Of a stretch of 64,000 nucleotides of DNA, positions 28,735 through 36,949 are shown piece after piece. Below the pieces are notes generated by a model. It did no database searches. It was not told where the DNA came from and was given only the letters and a program-made list of their open reading frames with translations. Every line of letters begins with the position of its first letter. The first letter of the stretch is position 1. The position numbers and the translations under genes were made by a program. Origin of the DNA: Bdellovibrionales bacterium (lineage in GTDB: Bacteria; Bdellovibrionota; Bdellovibrionia; Bdellovibrionales; UBA1609); the NCBI GenBank assembly GCA_050246815.1, contig JBFWVI010000004.1, positions 1 through 64,000 of the forward strand, written 5' to 3'.

Positions 28735-29760
28735 TCAAATGTGAGCGGGTGGCTGAATGTCCGAGCTTAAACCCAAATCCAAAATCCGCTGAATAAGTTC
28801 ATCAAATCCCCATCCGGCGGCCTTGGCGGCGTCGGCGAAGTCTTCTTCTTGGCAGATCTGCGGATTTGGGTTGGCTTCGATAAAATAAATGTCGCCACGG
28901 CTGTCGACACGAAAATCAAGACGGGCATATCCGGTTAAACGAAGAGCACGATAGATCTGCTGAGCCGCCTGTCGAAGTCGGCGAAAGAAGGTCGGGTCGC
29001 CCCCTTGGGCTATGCGCGTGTAAATGCCGTGCCGCTTGCGGTAGCTGGCATTCCATTTCACTTGAGCCGAGGCGATATGCGGTGCTTTTTTCGGCATACG
29101 GCCGAAATGTAGCTCCCTGGGCGGCAAAACTTCCAACAAATCATTGCCTAAGACACCAACGTAAAGTTCACGCCCTTGAATGAATTCTTCGACAAGCAGA
29201 TCCGCCTCGAAACTGCTCAGTAACTTTTGAACCTGAGCCTTCAAGTCGCCAGCGCTGTGCACCACACTGTCAGGGCCGATGCCAAAGGAGGCCTCTTCGG
29301 TGAGATACTTGACGATCATCGGAAAGCGCAGCCCCTTGGGCACCTGCAAAGCCTTTTGCCGCCTGGACACGACGAAAAACTTTGGTGTTTTAAGGTCATG
29401 ATAAGCCACGATCTTTTTGGCAGTCGCCTTGTCGCGGGCTAGGGCCAGACCTCGGCCGTTACAACCCGTATAGGACAACCGGGCAAGCTCTAAATAACTC
29501 ACGATGTTTTGATCAAAAATAGCCTCACCATCGAACTCCTCCAGCAAATTAAAGACGATTTCGGGGCGAGATTTGACAATCTGGTTCATCAGGGGCTGTA
29601 AATTGGACTCTAGGCCTAGCACTTCGACTTCGTGACCCAGACGTCGCAAGGCCTCGCGCACATCGTATTCGGTACGCCACCTCGCCGATATCACTTTGCG
29701 GCGGCTTTGCGGTGCGGGCGGCGGAATAAGGCGACGATGAACCAACAACAAAACTTTCAT
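28735..29760 (-). CDS. ATP-grasp protein, D-alanine--D-alanine ligase family
   Basis: VFNL.E, YTG, DK..AK, FP.IVK...E.AS.GI, EEFI.GRE, GYARLDFR, IEANPNP. Confidence 0.85.
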   Translation of the reverse strand: MKVLLLVHRRLIPPPAPQSRRKVISARWRTEYDVREALRRLGHEVEVLGLESNLQPLMNQIVKSRPEIVFNLLEEFDGEAIFDQNIVSYLELARLSYTGCNGRGLALARDKATAKKIVAYHDLKTPKFFVVSRRQKALQVPKGLRFPMIVKYLTEEASFGIGPDSVVHSAGDLKAQVQKLLSSFEADLLVEEFIQGRELYVGVLGNDLLEVLPPRELHFGRMPKKAPHIASAQVKWNASYRKRHGIYTRIAQGGDPTFFRRLRQAAQQIYRALRLTGYARLDFRVDSRGDIYFIEANPNPQICQEEDFADAAKAAGWGFDELIQRILDLGLSSDIQPPAHI

Positions 29761-29777
29761 GACCAATCCAGTGTTTC

Positions 29778-30413
29778 ATGGCAAAAGCAGTTATGTCCAC
29801 TGTGACGATTCGCCCTTTTAACCCTCAGCGCATTCCAGCACCACCCCTGGCGCAAGCGGGTTGGCCCGCCTTAACGGATTGCCACGAGGTGGATTTAGAA
29901 ATCGGCGCCGGTGCGGGCCTGCACGCGATTCACTATGCGAAAGCAAATCCCAATCGTCTGCTGATTGCCATTGAACGAACCAGCAAAGCAGAGCGCCTTC
30001 AGCGCCGTGCCAAAAATCATCCTAAGCTTAGCAATCTGTTGGCCTATCGAAGTGACGCCATCCATTGGGTGACTCACTTTGTTCCCGAACTGAGTCTGTC
30101 GCGCATTTTTTTGCTCTACCCCAACCCTTATCCAAAAGCGCGGCAGCAAAATTTGCGTTGGCATGCGATGCCTTTTATGGGCTTTCTGCTGTCACGGCTT
30201 AAAGCACAAGGCGAACTGATCCTTGCAACCAATGAGGCCTTTTACGCTCAAGAAGCTAAAAACACCTTTTGTGGGCACTGGGGTTTGCAACTGAAAAGCG
30301 AAGAAATTTTGTCGGCTGATTCAATTCCACGCACTCATTTCGAGAAAAAGTATTTGGCGCGCGGTGAACTTTGCCGAAACTTGATATTCCTCAAAAGCGG
30401 CGTCTCAATCTGA
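29778..30413 (+). CDS. trmB: tRNA (guanine-N7)-methyltransferase TrmB-like SAM methyltransferase
   Basis: LEIGAGAG, AIE, DA, YPNPYPK, ATN..Y, T.FEKKY. Confidence 0.7.
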   Translation: MAKAVMSTVTIRPFNPQRIPAPPLAQAGWPALTDCHEVDLEIGAGAGLHAIHYAKANPNRLLIAIERTSKAERLQRRAKNHPKLSNLLAYRSDAIHWVTHFVPELSLSRIFLLYPNPYPKARQQNLRWHAMPFMGFLLSRLKAQGELILATNEAFYAQEAKNTFCGHWGLQLKSEEILSADSIPRTHFEKKYLARGELCRNLIFLKSGVSI

Positions 30414-30444
30414 GACATGATGCCAAATGTCATCATTCTGCTCT

Positions 30445-30471
30445 TAAGCGTCGCTGGACCTTTGTCGATAT
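30445..30471 (+). promoter_or_regulatory. Candidate sigma-28 (FliA) promoter, leaderless
   Basis: TAAG-N15-GTCGATAT ending 6 nt before ATG 30478; no SD sequence. Confidence 0.45.
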
Positions 30472-30477
30472 GTAAAT

Positions 30478-31209
30478 ATGGATCGACGACGCCTTCTTAT
30501 TGCCTCACCCTTCCCGCATTTTTTAGCGGAATTCACGGCCCAGCTGACGGCTGAATTCGAAATCCAGCGCGCCAACACCGAAGACGTGGTGAGCTTTTTA
30601 AGTAAGGAGTGGACGCCCCATCTTTTGGTGGTGGATGGTGATTCGCCCTTTTTTAATGCCTGCGGCCGGTTTCGTCAGCGCTTACCCATGGAACAGTTAG
30701 GCTTGGTGCTGGTCACGCGTGAAACCACCTTCAGCCGCGAAGAGCGCGCTTTTCGTGCGGGCTGTGACCAAGTGGTTGCCTACCCGACCAACGGCGATGT
30801 GTTGACCATGCGATTGAATGTTTTGGCGAAACGTGTGGCTGGCCCGGCCACATCCTTTGGCAATGGTCATGTGACGCATTTGCCTTTGGGCGGGGCCAGG
30901 CCCGAGCCCATCGTCTTTGGTGACATTAACATCCATCCGCATGACCACATCATCAAACGTGGTGAAGCGCTGATCACCATGACTCCTTTGCAATTTAAAC
31001 TGCTGTTGCTGTTCTTGACCAACAAAGAGCAATTGCTCTCGCGCCTTTGGATCAAAGAAGCCATTTGGGGACAAAGTGATATCTCACTGCGTTCGATCGA
31101 TGCGCAGATTTCAAAGCTCAGGAAATTGGTTCCCGAACTGGATCCCCATCTGGTGAACATTTACGGTAAGGGCTACGTTTTCACATCTCATCGCCGACAG
31201 GCGGCTTGA
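30478..31209 (+). CDS. OmpR/PhoB-family response regulator with atypical receiver
   Basis: Winged helix (T..QFKLL, LSR, RSIDAQISKLRK, IYGKGY). Receiver lacks the acidic pocket and the conserved Lys. Confidence 0.85.
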   Translation: MDRRRLLIASPFPHFLAEFTAQLTAEFEIQRANTEDVVSFLSKEWTPHLLVVDGDSPFFNACGRFRQRLPMEQLGLVLVTRETTFSREERAFRAGCDQVVAYPTNGDVLTMRLNVLAKRVAGPATSFGNGHVTHLPLGGARPEPIVFGDINIHPHDHIIKRGEALITMTPLQFKLLLLFLTNKEQLLSRLWIKEAIWGQSDISLRSIDAQISKLRKLVPELDPHLVNIYGKGYVFTSHRRQAA

Positions 31210-31210
31210 C

Positions 31211-32362
31211 CTAAATCTTGCATTTAAATTTTAAATTGACGCGAGTGCCGGCAGGGGCGGCTGGGTTCAACTGGATGCGGTTGTCGGCATCAATGGTGTA
31301 ATAAACCTGCTGGGCCGGGGCCGGGTTGAAGCTGACGTCGACCAAATTCTGCTCCGGCTTGCAAGGCAACTGGATGGTGCTTAAAGTCTGATTGATCTTG
31401 CTGGCGATGTTGCCAAGCTCGGTGGTGTAGTTGTTTGAACAGATGTTACCCAAAGTTCCATCGATGATGTTACCGGCGGCTTTTAAAGCATTACTTGGGT
31501 TTGAAAGAGCGGCGTACTGAGTGCCCACAAAGCCCTTAACACCAGAGCCCTGATTATTTTGGGCGTTGTAGCAAGCGATATCGGTCGAGTCATTTGCACC
31601 GTCGTTGGTGGGACGGATAATAATCGAGTGCACGCTGACCGTTTTAGTGGCGCCCAAAATCTGCTTGGTCTTTTGCACAAAAGTCAGCGGCATATCGTAG
31701 TTTTCAAGCGGATAGCCCGAAATATTGCCGCCATTGGAACGCTCATCTTCATCGGACAAAATGATCACGGCCAAGTGGCCGCCTGGACGGAAAAAGCCAC
31801 GCTGGTCCGTGCGGTCGAGAGCCATGTTCATCGCAAAAATTCCACGTTCATCGCCGCTTGGGCAACTGGGCGAAGTGTAACCTGAAGCCTGGCAGTCCAA
31901 AGTCTCTTGCCGCTTCACCGTGTTTTGAAACCAGGTGATGTTATTTTGATGAGTGGCATCCATCACGCGCGACGAATTGGCCAACATTTTTTGCCCGTTT
32001 GGAAAGGTCAAAAGACCGCCGCCATTAAAAGCTGCGCGAGTGTCGGTGGTGATCATGCCAAGGCGGTAATCCAAACGATAAATCGAGTCCAAAAAACCGG
32101 GAAAACGCAAAGCCATCTCGCTTTGCTCGACATACATCGAAGTGCTATTGTCATTGACGACCAAAATGTCCACTTCGCCGACGTTGACGTGGTAATTGAA
32201 TTGATTAAAGCCGTCAGGGGTCAGCACGCAGCCTTCAGAACCAAAATCATTTTGATATTGCACGCAGAGTTTATTCGGTTGGGATTTAAAGCCCACATCC
32301 GAACAGCCCACAGGGCCCATCCACGAGATCATGGCGATCAACCGCCACATCCAAGATTTCAC
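31211..32362 (-). CDS. vWA-domain lipoprotein (CglB-like)
   Basis: Lipobox GC; DILVVNDNSTSM..EQ MIDAS motif, ITTD, SGDERG, FFR....LAVIILSDEDE. Confidence 0.75.
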   Translation of the reverse strand: MKSWMWRLIAMISWMGPVGCSDVGFKSQPNKLCVQYQNDFGSEGCVLTPDGFNQFNYHVNVGEVDILVVNDNSTSMYVEQSEMALRFPGFLDSIYRLDYRLGMITTDTRAAFNGGGLLTFPNGQKMLANSSRVMDATHQNNITWFQNTVKRQETLDCQASGYTSPSCPSGDERGIFAMNMALDRTDQRGFFRPGGHLAVIILSDEDERSNGGNISGYPLENYDMPLTFVQKTKQILGATKTVSVHSIIIRPTNDGANDSTDIACYNAQNNQGSGVKGFVGTQYAALSNPSNALKAAGNIIDGTLGNICSNNYTTELGNIASKINQTLSTIQLPCKPEQNLVDVSFNPAPAQQVYYTIDADNRIQLNPAAPAGTRVNLKFKCKI

Positions 32363-32390
32363 GTCGCACCTCTCTCTAAGGGCCTTTTAA

Positions 32391-32406
32391 TCCAAGGAAC
32401 ATGCCA
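32391..32406 (-). promoter_or_regulatory. Candidate sigma-54-like promoter of the vWA lipoprotein gene
   Basis: Minus strand TGGCATGTTCCTTGGA (TGGCA-like -24, TTGG at -12), about 30 nt upstream of the start. Confidence 0.3.
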
Positions 32407-32691
32407 TCTTTAGTAAAAATTACAAGTTATTGATATTACTCATATTTTAAGTAAATTGAGGGCCCCACTAAAGCTGTCGAGCTTTTAGCCATCCGCGCCC
32501 ATTTAAGAATTAGGCTCGTCATTTCAAGCAGTTAATTTTAGCGCGAAGACACTTTTTGCCCACCGCTTGGGCACCCCTTTAATTGCTCACCAGCCATTGT
32601 CGAAACATTTTTTGACACTTTCGAAACGGTTCGTGGCTTTAAGGTTAAGATTTCCCTGGGCATTTGCAAACCCTCACCGCACTATTAAAGG

Positions 32692-33225
32692 ATGCAAAAC
32701 TCAATTGGTTTGTGGCTGGCGCGCCTATTTGGACTATTTTTGTTGGCCATCGGCGCAACCCTGGCCGTGATGTTTGGGCAAAAGTACGCCCGCTTTGAAT
32801 TCGGCGATGCCGAACAAAGACTTCAGATTTTGTGGGAGCAAGACGTTGAAAAACTAAGTGCTTCCGGCAAACTGCCCAAAGCCTGGAACGAAATCAAAGA
32901 AATCCAACTGATCCCCGCCACCGACAATGCCAAACTCTGGCTTAAAAACGTGCGCGTGCCGATTCGCCTGAAATCCGACGGCGGCTACAAAATGGAAATT
33001 TTGGTGGTCTCGTGGGAAGAAGAAAAAGCCTCTGGCGCGATTATGCAATACAACCTGGTCGATCTTAAAACCAACAATATGATTTGGGAGCTGGGCCGCA
33101 CCTTTGTTTTAAGCGGGCAGCTGGATGAATCCGAAGTCAGTCGCCGCGAAGAAACACTTTCGCCGACAACTCCCGCTCAGCCCGTCACAGCGCCAAAGAC
33201 GACCGAAGGCACAACAACACGCTAA
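32692..33225 (+). CDS. Hypothetical membrane-anchored protein
   Basis: 177-aa ORF with an N-terminal TM helix and a conserved-looking WELGRT segment. Confidence 0.65.
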   Translation: MQNSIGLWLARLFGLFLLAIGATLAVMFGQKYARFEFGDAEQRLQILWEQDVEKLSASGKLPKAWNEIKEIQLIPATDNAKLWLKNVRVPIRLKSDGGYKMEILVVSWEEEKASGAIMQYNLVDLKTNNMIWELGRTFVLSGQLDESEVSRREETLSPTTPAQPVTAPKTTEGTTTR

Positions 33226-33242
33226 AATCTCTACGCTCTCGC

Positions 33243-34298
33243 TTATGGAACAACCGCCTCAGGATGGGTCAGACTTAAATACTTCACGATGGCATTGAAA
33301 TCCTGCTCGGTCGCACCCTTACCGTCGACCTGAACCGACTGCAGAACGCTGGGCATGACCAAGCCGCCGTGGCCGGACAAAAATTCGGCTAGTCTTTTTT
33401 CTAAGTACTTCGGTTTTTGGCCGAAAATCATCGCCGCCCCCTGCATAGGCTTTGAATATTGCGGCAGATGGCAGGCCATGCAATTGTTCGCCACGACAAT
33501 CTTTTTACCGCGTGCGTAGGCCGCCTGATCAGCTTCAGCAACTGCGGGAATTTGCTCGGGGGCCGGCAAAACTTTTTGCTGACTGAAGTACTCCGCCACT
33601 TTATCCAAAACTTCAGTCATGGCCTGATCCATCATCACCGTGCCATCTGGATTGATTGTGTACTTCCAGCCAAAAGCGGAGGCCAAAGGCTGTAGGGCTG
33701 CCACCTGCATCACAGAGTCCTTTGATTCAGGACGCAAAAATTGTTGCAGTCGAGCCGTGATATAAACTTTGTTGTGACCCGCCAGATGAGGAGTCGTATC
33801 GTCGATCGCGGAGTGCCCCTGCAACCCGTGGCATGTGGAGCAGCGGTTCAAAACAGATAAAAATTGATCTCGCACGACTTCTGGCCCATCGACACTGGCC
33901 ACGGCTGCAGTGACGCCCGCCTTCGCCGCGCCTTGGGCGAAGGCGATAAGTTTTGCCGTTTCTTCCGCTGTGATCGCGCCGGCTTCTGGGCTACCCACCT
34001 GAGGCATGGTCTTATTTGCAAGCCGCTGTCCCAAAGCCCCAGAAAGCGAAATTCGCTTAAGATTTTCCTCTTTGGTCCAATCGTTGGTGCCCGCATTATG
34101 GCAACGGGCACAGCGCTGTTGAACGATCGGCAGAACTGACTGGAAGTCTTGTTGATTCTCAAGGGCTTGCGACGGTCTGGTTTGGGGAATGGGCTGGTGC
34201 GGACCTTTTGAAGGCGCGCAAGCGACCGCAAAAAACCAGGTGAATAAAAGCCATTTGTAATTTTGCGCCCGATACAAAAAGATTTTTTTACGACTCAT
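33243..34298 (-). CDS. Triheme c-type cytochrome lipoprotein with c4/c553-like domains
   Basis: Lipobox FAVAC; CARCH, CSTCH and CMACH; P.LAG...Y...L..F and GQ...YL...L..F c4-type segments. Confidence 0.85.
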   Translation of the reverse strand: MSRKKIFLYRAQNYKWLLFTWFFAVACAPSKGPHQPIPQTRPSQALENQQDFQSVLPIVQQRCARCHNAGTNDWTKEENLKRISLSGALGQRLANKTMPQVGSPEAGAITAEETAKLIAFAQGAAKAGVTAAVASVDGPEVVRDQFLSVLNRCSTCHGLQGHSAIDDTTPHLAGHNKVYITARLQQFLRPESKDSVMQVAALQPLASAFGWKYTINPDGTVMMDQAMTEVLDKVAEYFSQQKVLPAPEQIPAVAEADQAAYARGKKIVVANNCMACHLPQYSKPMQGAAMIFGQKPKYLEKRLAEFLSGHGGLVMPSVLQSVQVDGKGATEQDFNAIVKYLSLTHPEAVVP

Positions 34299-34369
34299 TG
34301 TACTCTCCGACTGAAAGCGTTAAGGAGTATAGCGCAATTTGTTAAAAATCCCAACGAAGGGACAAGAAC

Positions 34370-35647
34370 ATGCTTCAAGGCTTGCGCGCTCTAAGAAAAA
34401 AATTCGCATCTGATCAATGTTTAGCCACCATCCGATTTCGATCGTGCGGACGAATTGAATTTCTGCTTCTGGTTTTCTTGAGCCTGCTGCCGCCTGTGGC
34501 CCAAGGCCGAATTGAGTACGCTCTTAAGGCTGGCAACAATCGCTGCACCGCCTGTCACTATTCTCCCGCGGGTGGGGGCTCGCGCAATATCAATGGAAAG
34601 TATTTCGGAGCGTTCGGACACCCGCCGCTGAAAAAAAACTGGTTGCAAAACCAAGACAATGTCGGCCTTGAAGCGAAATTCCTGTACTATCGGCCCGAAA
34701 CCCCCAGCCAAGTCCGCGGCGGCATGGGCGTGATGTTTGGAACTGTCTGGGGCAGCATTGAAATCCAAGAGCTCTCGCAAGAGTCGTCGGAATTGCGATT
34801 GGTGGCCGAGCAAAATTTAGGTGGATTTTCAGCAGGCCCACGCCAATGGTACGCGCGTTGGAAGCTGCACGAAGACACGGCGACAAGCTGGCTGCCGCAG
34901 TATGTGCTGCTGGGCCGAATTATCCCTGCCTTTGGCGTTTTGACTGATGAACATCGGACCTACGTGCGCATCCAATCCGGAACGGTTTGGCACACAGGCT
35001 ATGACACCGGGCTGATGTTGTCGGCCAATCCCTTCGAATCCCTGCACTATGATGTGGCCGTGGTGAATGGAAAGAAAAATGCAGGCACCGCTCTGGCCAA
35101 TGAGATGGCAGATGTCTGGGGAGTCATCGGCAATATCCGCTGGGCTCCGATTTCCATGCCGCTTTTTGTCGGCTACAGCCAAAGTTACTACCCTTCAACT
35201 TCGACCGAGCGCGAAGCCAATGCGAATTCTGTTTATGGCTCGTTTTCATTTTACAGACTCACAAAAAGCAAAATGCCTTTAAGCCTGACCGCCGAGTTTG
35301 TAACGGCCAAAAACTGGAACAGCTCATTCACCTCCACTTTTGTTTCGGACTCCACGTATGCAACGCAAGTCGCACAAGCCTATTCGTACGGGCTTTTGGC
35401 CCTGGCGCAGTGGGACTTTAGCCCGAAGTTCGCAATCCAGTACAAGTATGACCAGTTGGAACTGAACCATGACTTCCCGTCAGATCGCTACACGCGCCAC
35501 GGCGTGGGCGTTAAGGCTTATTTAGCCAACAATGTTTTTGGCCTTCTGCGAATTGAAACAGCTAAAGCAGGACATCCGGCGGAAGCTCAAGGAGTCAAAA
35601 CCGGCGCCCAGGACGCGGTCTGGGGGCTTTTGAATATCTCGTTGTAA
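34370..35647 (+). CDS. Monoheme cytochrome c - outer-membrane beta-barrel fusion (Cyc2-like architecture)
   Basis: Signal peptide, single CTACH at 34544-34558, then amphipathic beta-strands (GRIIPAFG, DTGL, YDVAVVNG, RHGVGVKAY). Start codon uncertain. Confidence 0.65.
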   Translation: MLQGLRALRKKFASDQCLATIRFRSCGRIEFLLLVFLSLLPPVAQGRIEYALKAGNNRCTACHYSPAGGGSRNINGKYFGAFGHPPLKKNWLQNQDNVGLEAKFLYYRPETPSQVRGGMGVMFGTVWGSIEIQELSQESSELRLVAEQNLGGFSAGPRQWYARWKLHEDTATSWLPQYVLLGRIIPAFGVLTDEHRTYVRIQSGTVWHTGYDTGLMLSANPFESLHYDVAVVNGKKNAGTALANEMADVWGVIGNIRWAPISMPLFVGYSQSYYPSTSTEREANANSVYGSFSFYRLTKSKMPLSLTAEFVTAKNWNSSFTSTFVSDSTYATQVAQAYSYGLLALAQWDFSPKFAIQYKYDQLELNHDFPSDRYTRHGVGVKAYLANNVFGLLRIETAKAGHPAEAQGVKTGAQDAVWGLLNISL

Positions 35648-35678
35648 AAAACCGAAACGTTTCTAGGAGAGTATTGCG

Positions 35679-35975
35679 ATGATCTTAAAATATATGACCT
35701 GTCTGATGTTGATGGCCGTGAGTCGTTGTGTTTTTGCCTCAACCCCACCCCCGATTGCACAAACTTGCGTCGCCTGCCATGGTCCCGCCGGCATTTCAAA
35801 CAATCCACTCTGGCCAAACCTGGCGGGCCAAAAACGCGATTACCTTGTCAAACAAATCAGTGATTTCAAAGCCGACCGCAGAAAAGACCCGCTGATGAGC
35901 CCCATGGCCAAAACCCTCAGCGATCAAGATGTCACGGTTTTAGCCGATTACTTCAGTGGACTTACGGGAAAATAG
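35679..35975 (+). CDS. Cytochrome c553/c4-type monoheme cytochrome
   Basis: Signal peptide, CVACHG, WPNLAGQ..YL.KQ..DFK, axial Met (LMSPMA). Confidence 0.92.
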   Translation: MILKYMTCLMLMAVSRCVFASTPPPIAQTCVACHGPAGISNNPLWPNLAGQKRDYLVKQISDFKADRRKDPLMSPMAKTLSDQDVTVLADYFSGLTGK

Positions 35976-36021
35976 TTCGACCTGAACCTCATACGCACTC
36001 CCGGATCACTGAGCTCAGAAT

Positions 36022-36540
36022 TTATTTTGCCGGAGCCGTGGGCTGTTCTTTGCCCGATTGGCCTGTGGTTCTTGTCTCGGGCGTTGGCAGCCTGAGGCAC
36101 AGCTGGTACCCACTCAGATGAACTTTCGACTTTTCAAAGCCGACCTGAACCTGCAAAGGCTTAACGTGGCTGTTAGGCGAATCAACCGGGCAGCCCGCCG
36201 TCTCTTTCACCAAAGAACAGTTGGTCGACACCATTTTAACACCTTCAAATATGCCGACTCCAGGGGCCGCGCCTACTGTGCCGTCGCTCATCAGCACCAC
36301 ACTCTTACATCCGTTGGACTGCAAGTACTGCTTGAGTGGTTCATGCTGCGTGAAACTTGCCAACGAAAAGGAGCTTTCGAAAATAGTTTGAGCTGGGCCA
36401 CAGACTTTTTGAATTGAGCAACTGGTGTACCCATTTTTAGCAAGTTCTTTTCTTGTTTCACTTTTGCAGTCAATTGTAGCCGAAGCGGAATGAGCAACCG
36501 TCCAAAAAAATGCGGCCGTCACACAGAAATATTTTCTCAT
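36022..36540 (-). CDS. Secreted Cys-rich hypothetical protein
   Basis: Signal peptide, several Cys, 172 aa. Confidence 0.6.
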   Translation of the reverse strand: MRKYFCVTAAFFWTVAHSASATIDCKSETRKELAKNGYTSCSIQKVCGPAQTIFESSFSLASFTQHEPLKQYLQSNGCKSVVLMSDGTVGAAPGVGIFEGVKMVSTNCSLVKETAGCPVDSPNSHVKPLQVQVGFEKSKVHLSGYQLCLRLPTPETRTTGQSGKEQPTAPAK

Positions 36541-36652
36541 TAATTAATGATGCCTCGCAAACGGCTGCGAGTCCAGACCACCCAGACAAAATTGGTTTAA
36601 GTTCGCACTGAACTAGGCCAGACCTTAGTCCTTTATTGCCACAGCTCTCTCA

Positions 36653-36949
36653 TTGATGAACCCTATTATTCCGAAAATTAAGAACGAGGTCAAAATGCGC
36701 TCTATATTATGTTTGCTCTTTTTTTCTTTGAGCAGTTTCACGTCGAATTCTGCCGCGGAGACTCTTAAAAAAAACTGCCTGATCAAAGTTAAGTACTTTT
36801 ACATAATCGGCATCCAAGAAATTGTTGATTACCACCTGGTGGCAGATTCAAAACAAGACTGCATTAGAAAATCAAAATCTTACAAAGAAAACTCGACGCC
36901 GCAGAAAGTGAAAAAGAAAGAGGTCTTGGTGCAATGGGCGTCCAGTTAA
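36653..36949 (+). CDS. Small secreted hypothetical protein
   Basis: Signal peptide from MRSILCLL (likely true start); overlaps the next gene. Confidence 0.5.
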   Translation: MMNPIIPKIKNEVKMRSILCLLFFSLSSFTSNSAAETLKKNCLIKVKYFYIIGIQEIVDYHLVADSKQDCIRKSKSYKENSTPQKVKKKEVLVQWASS

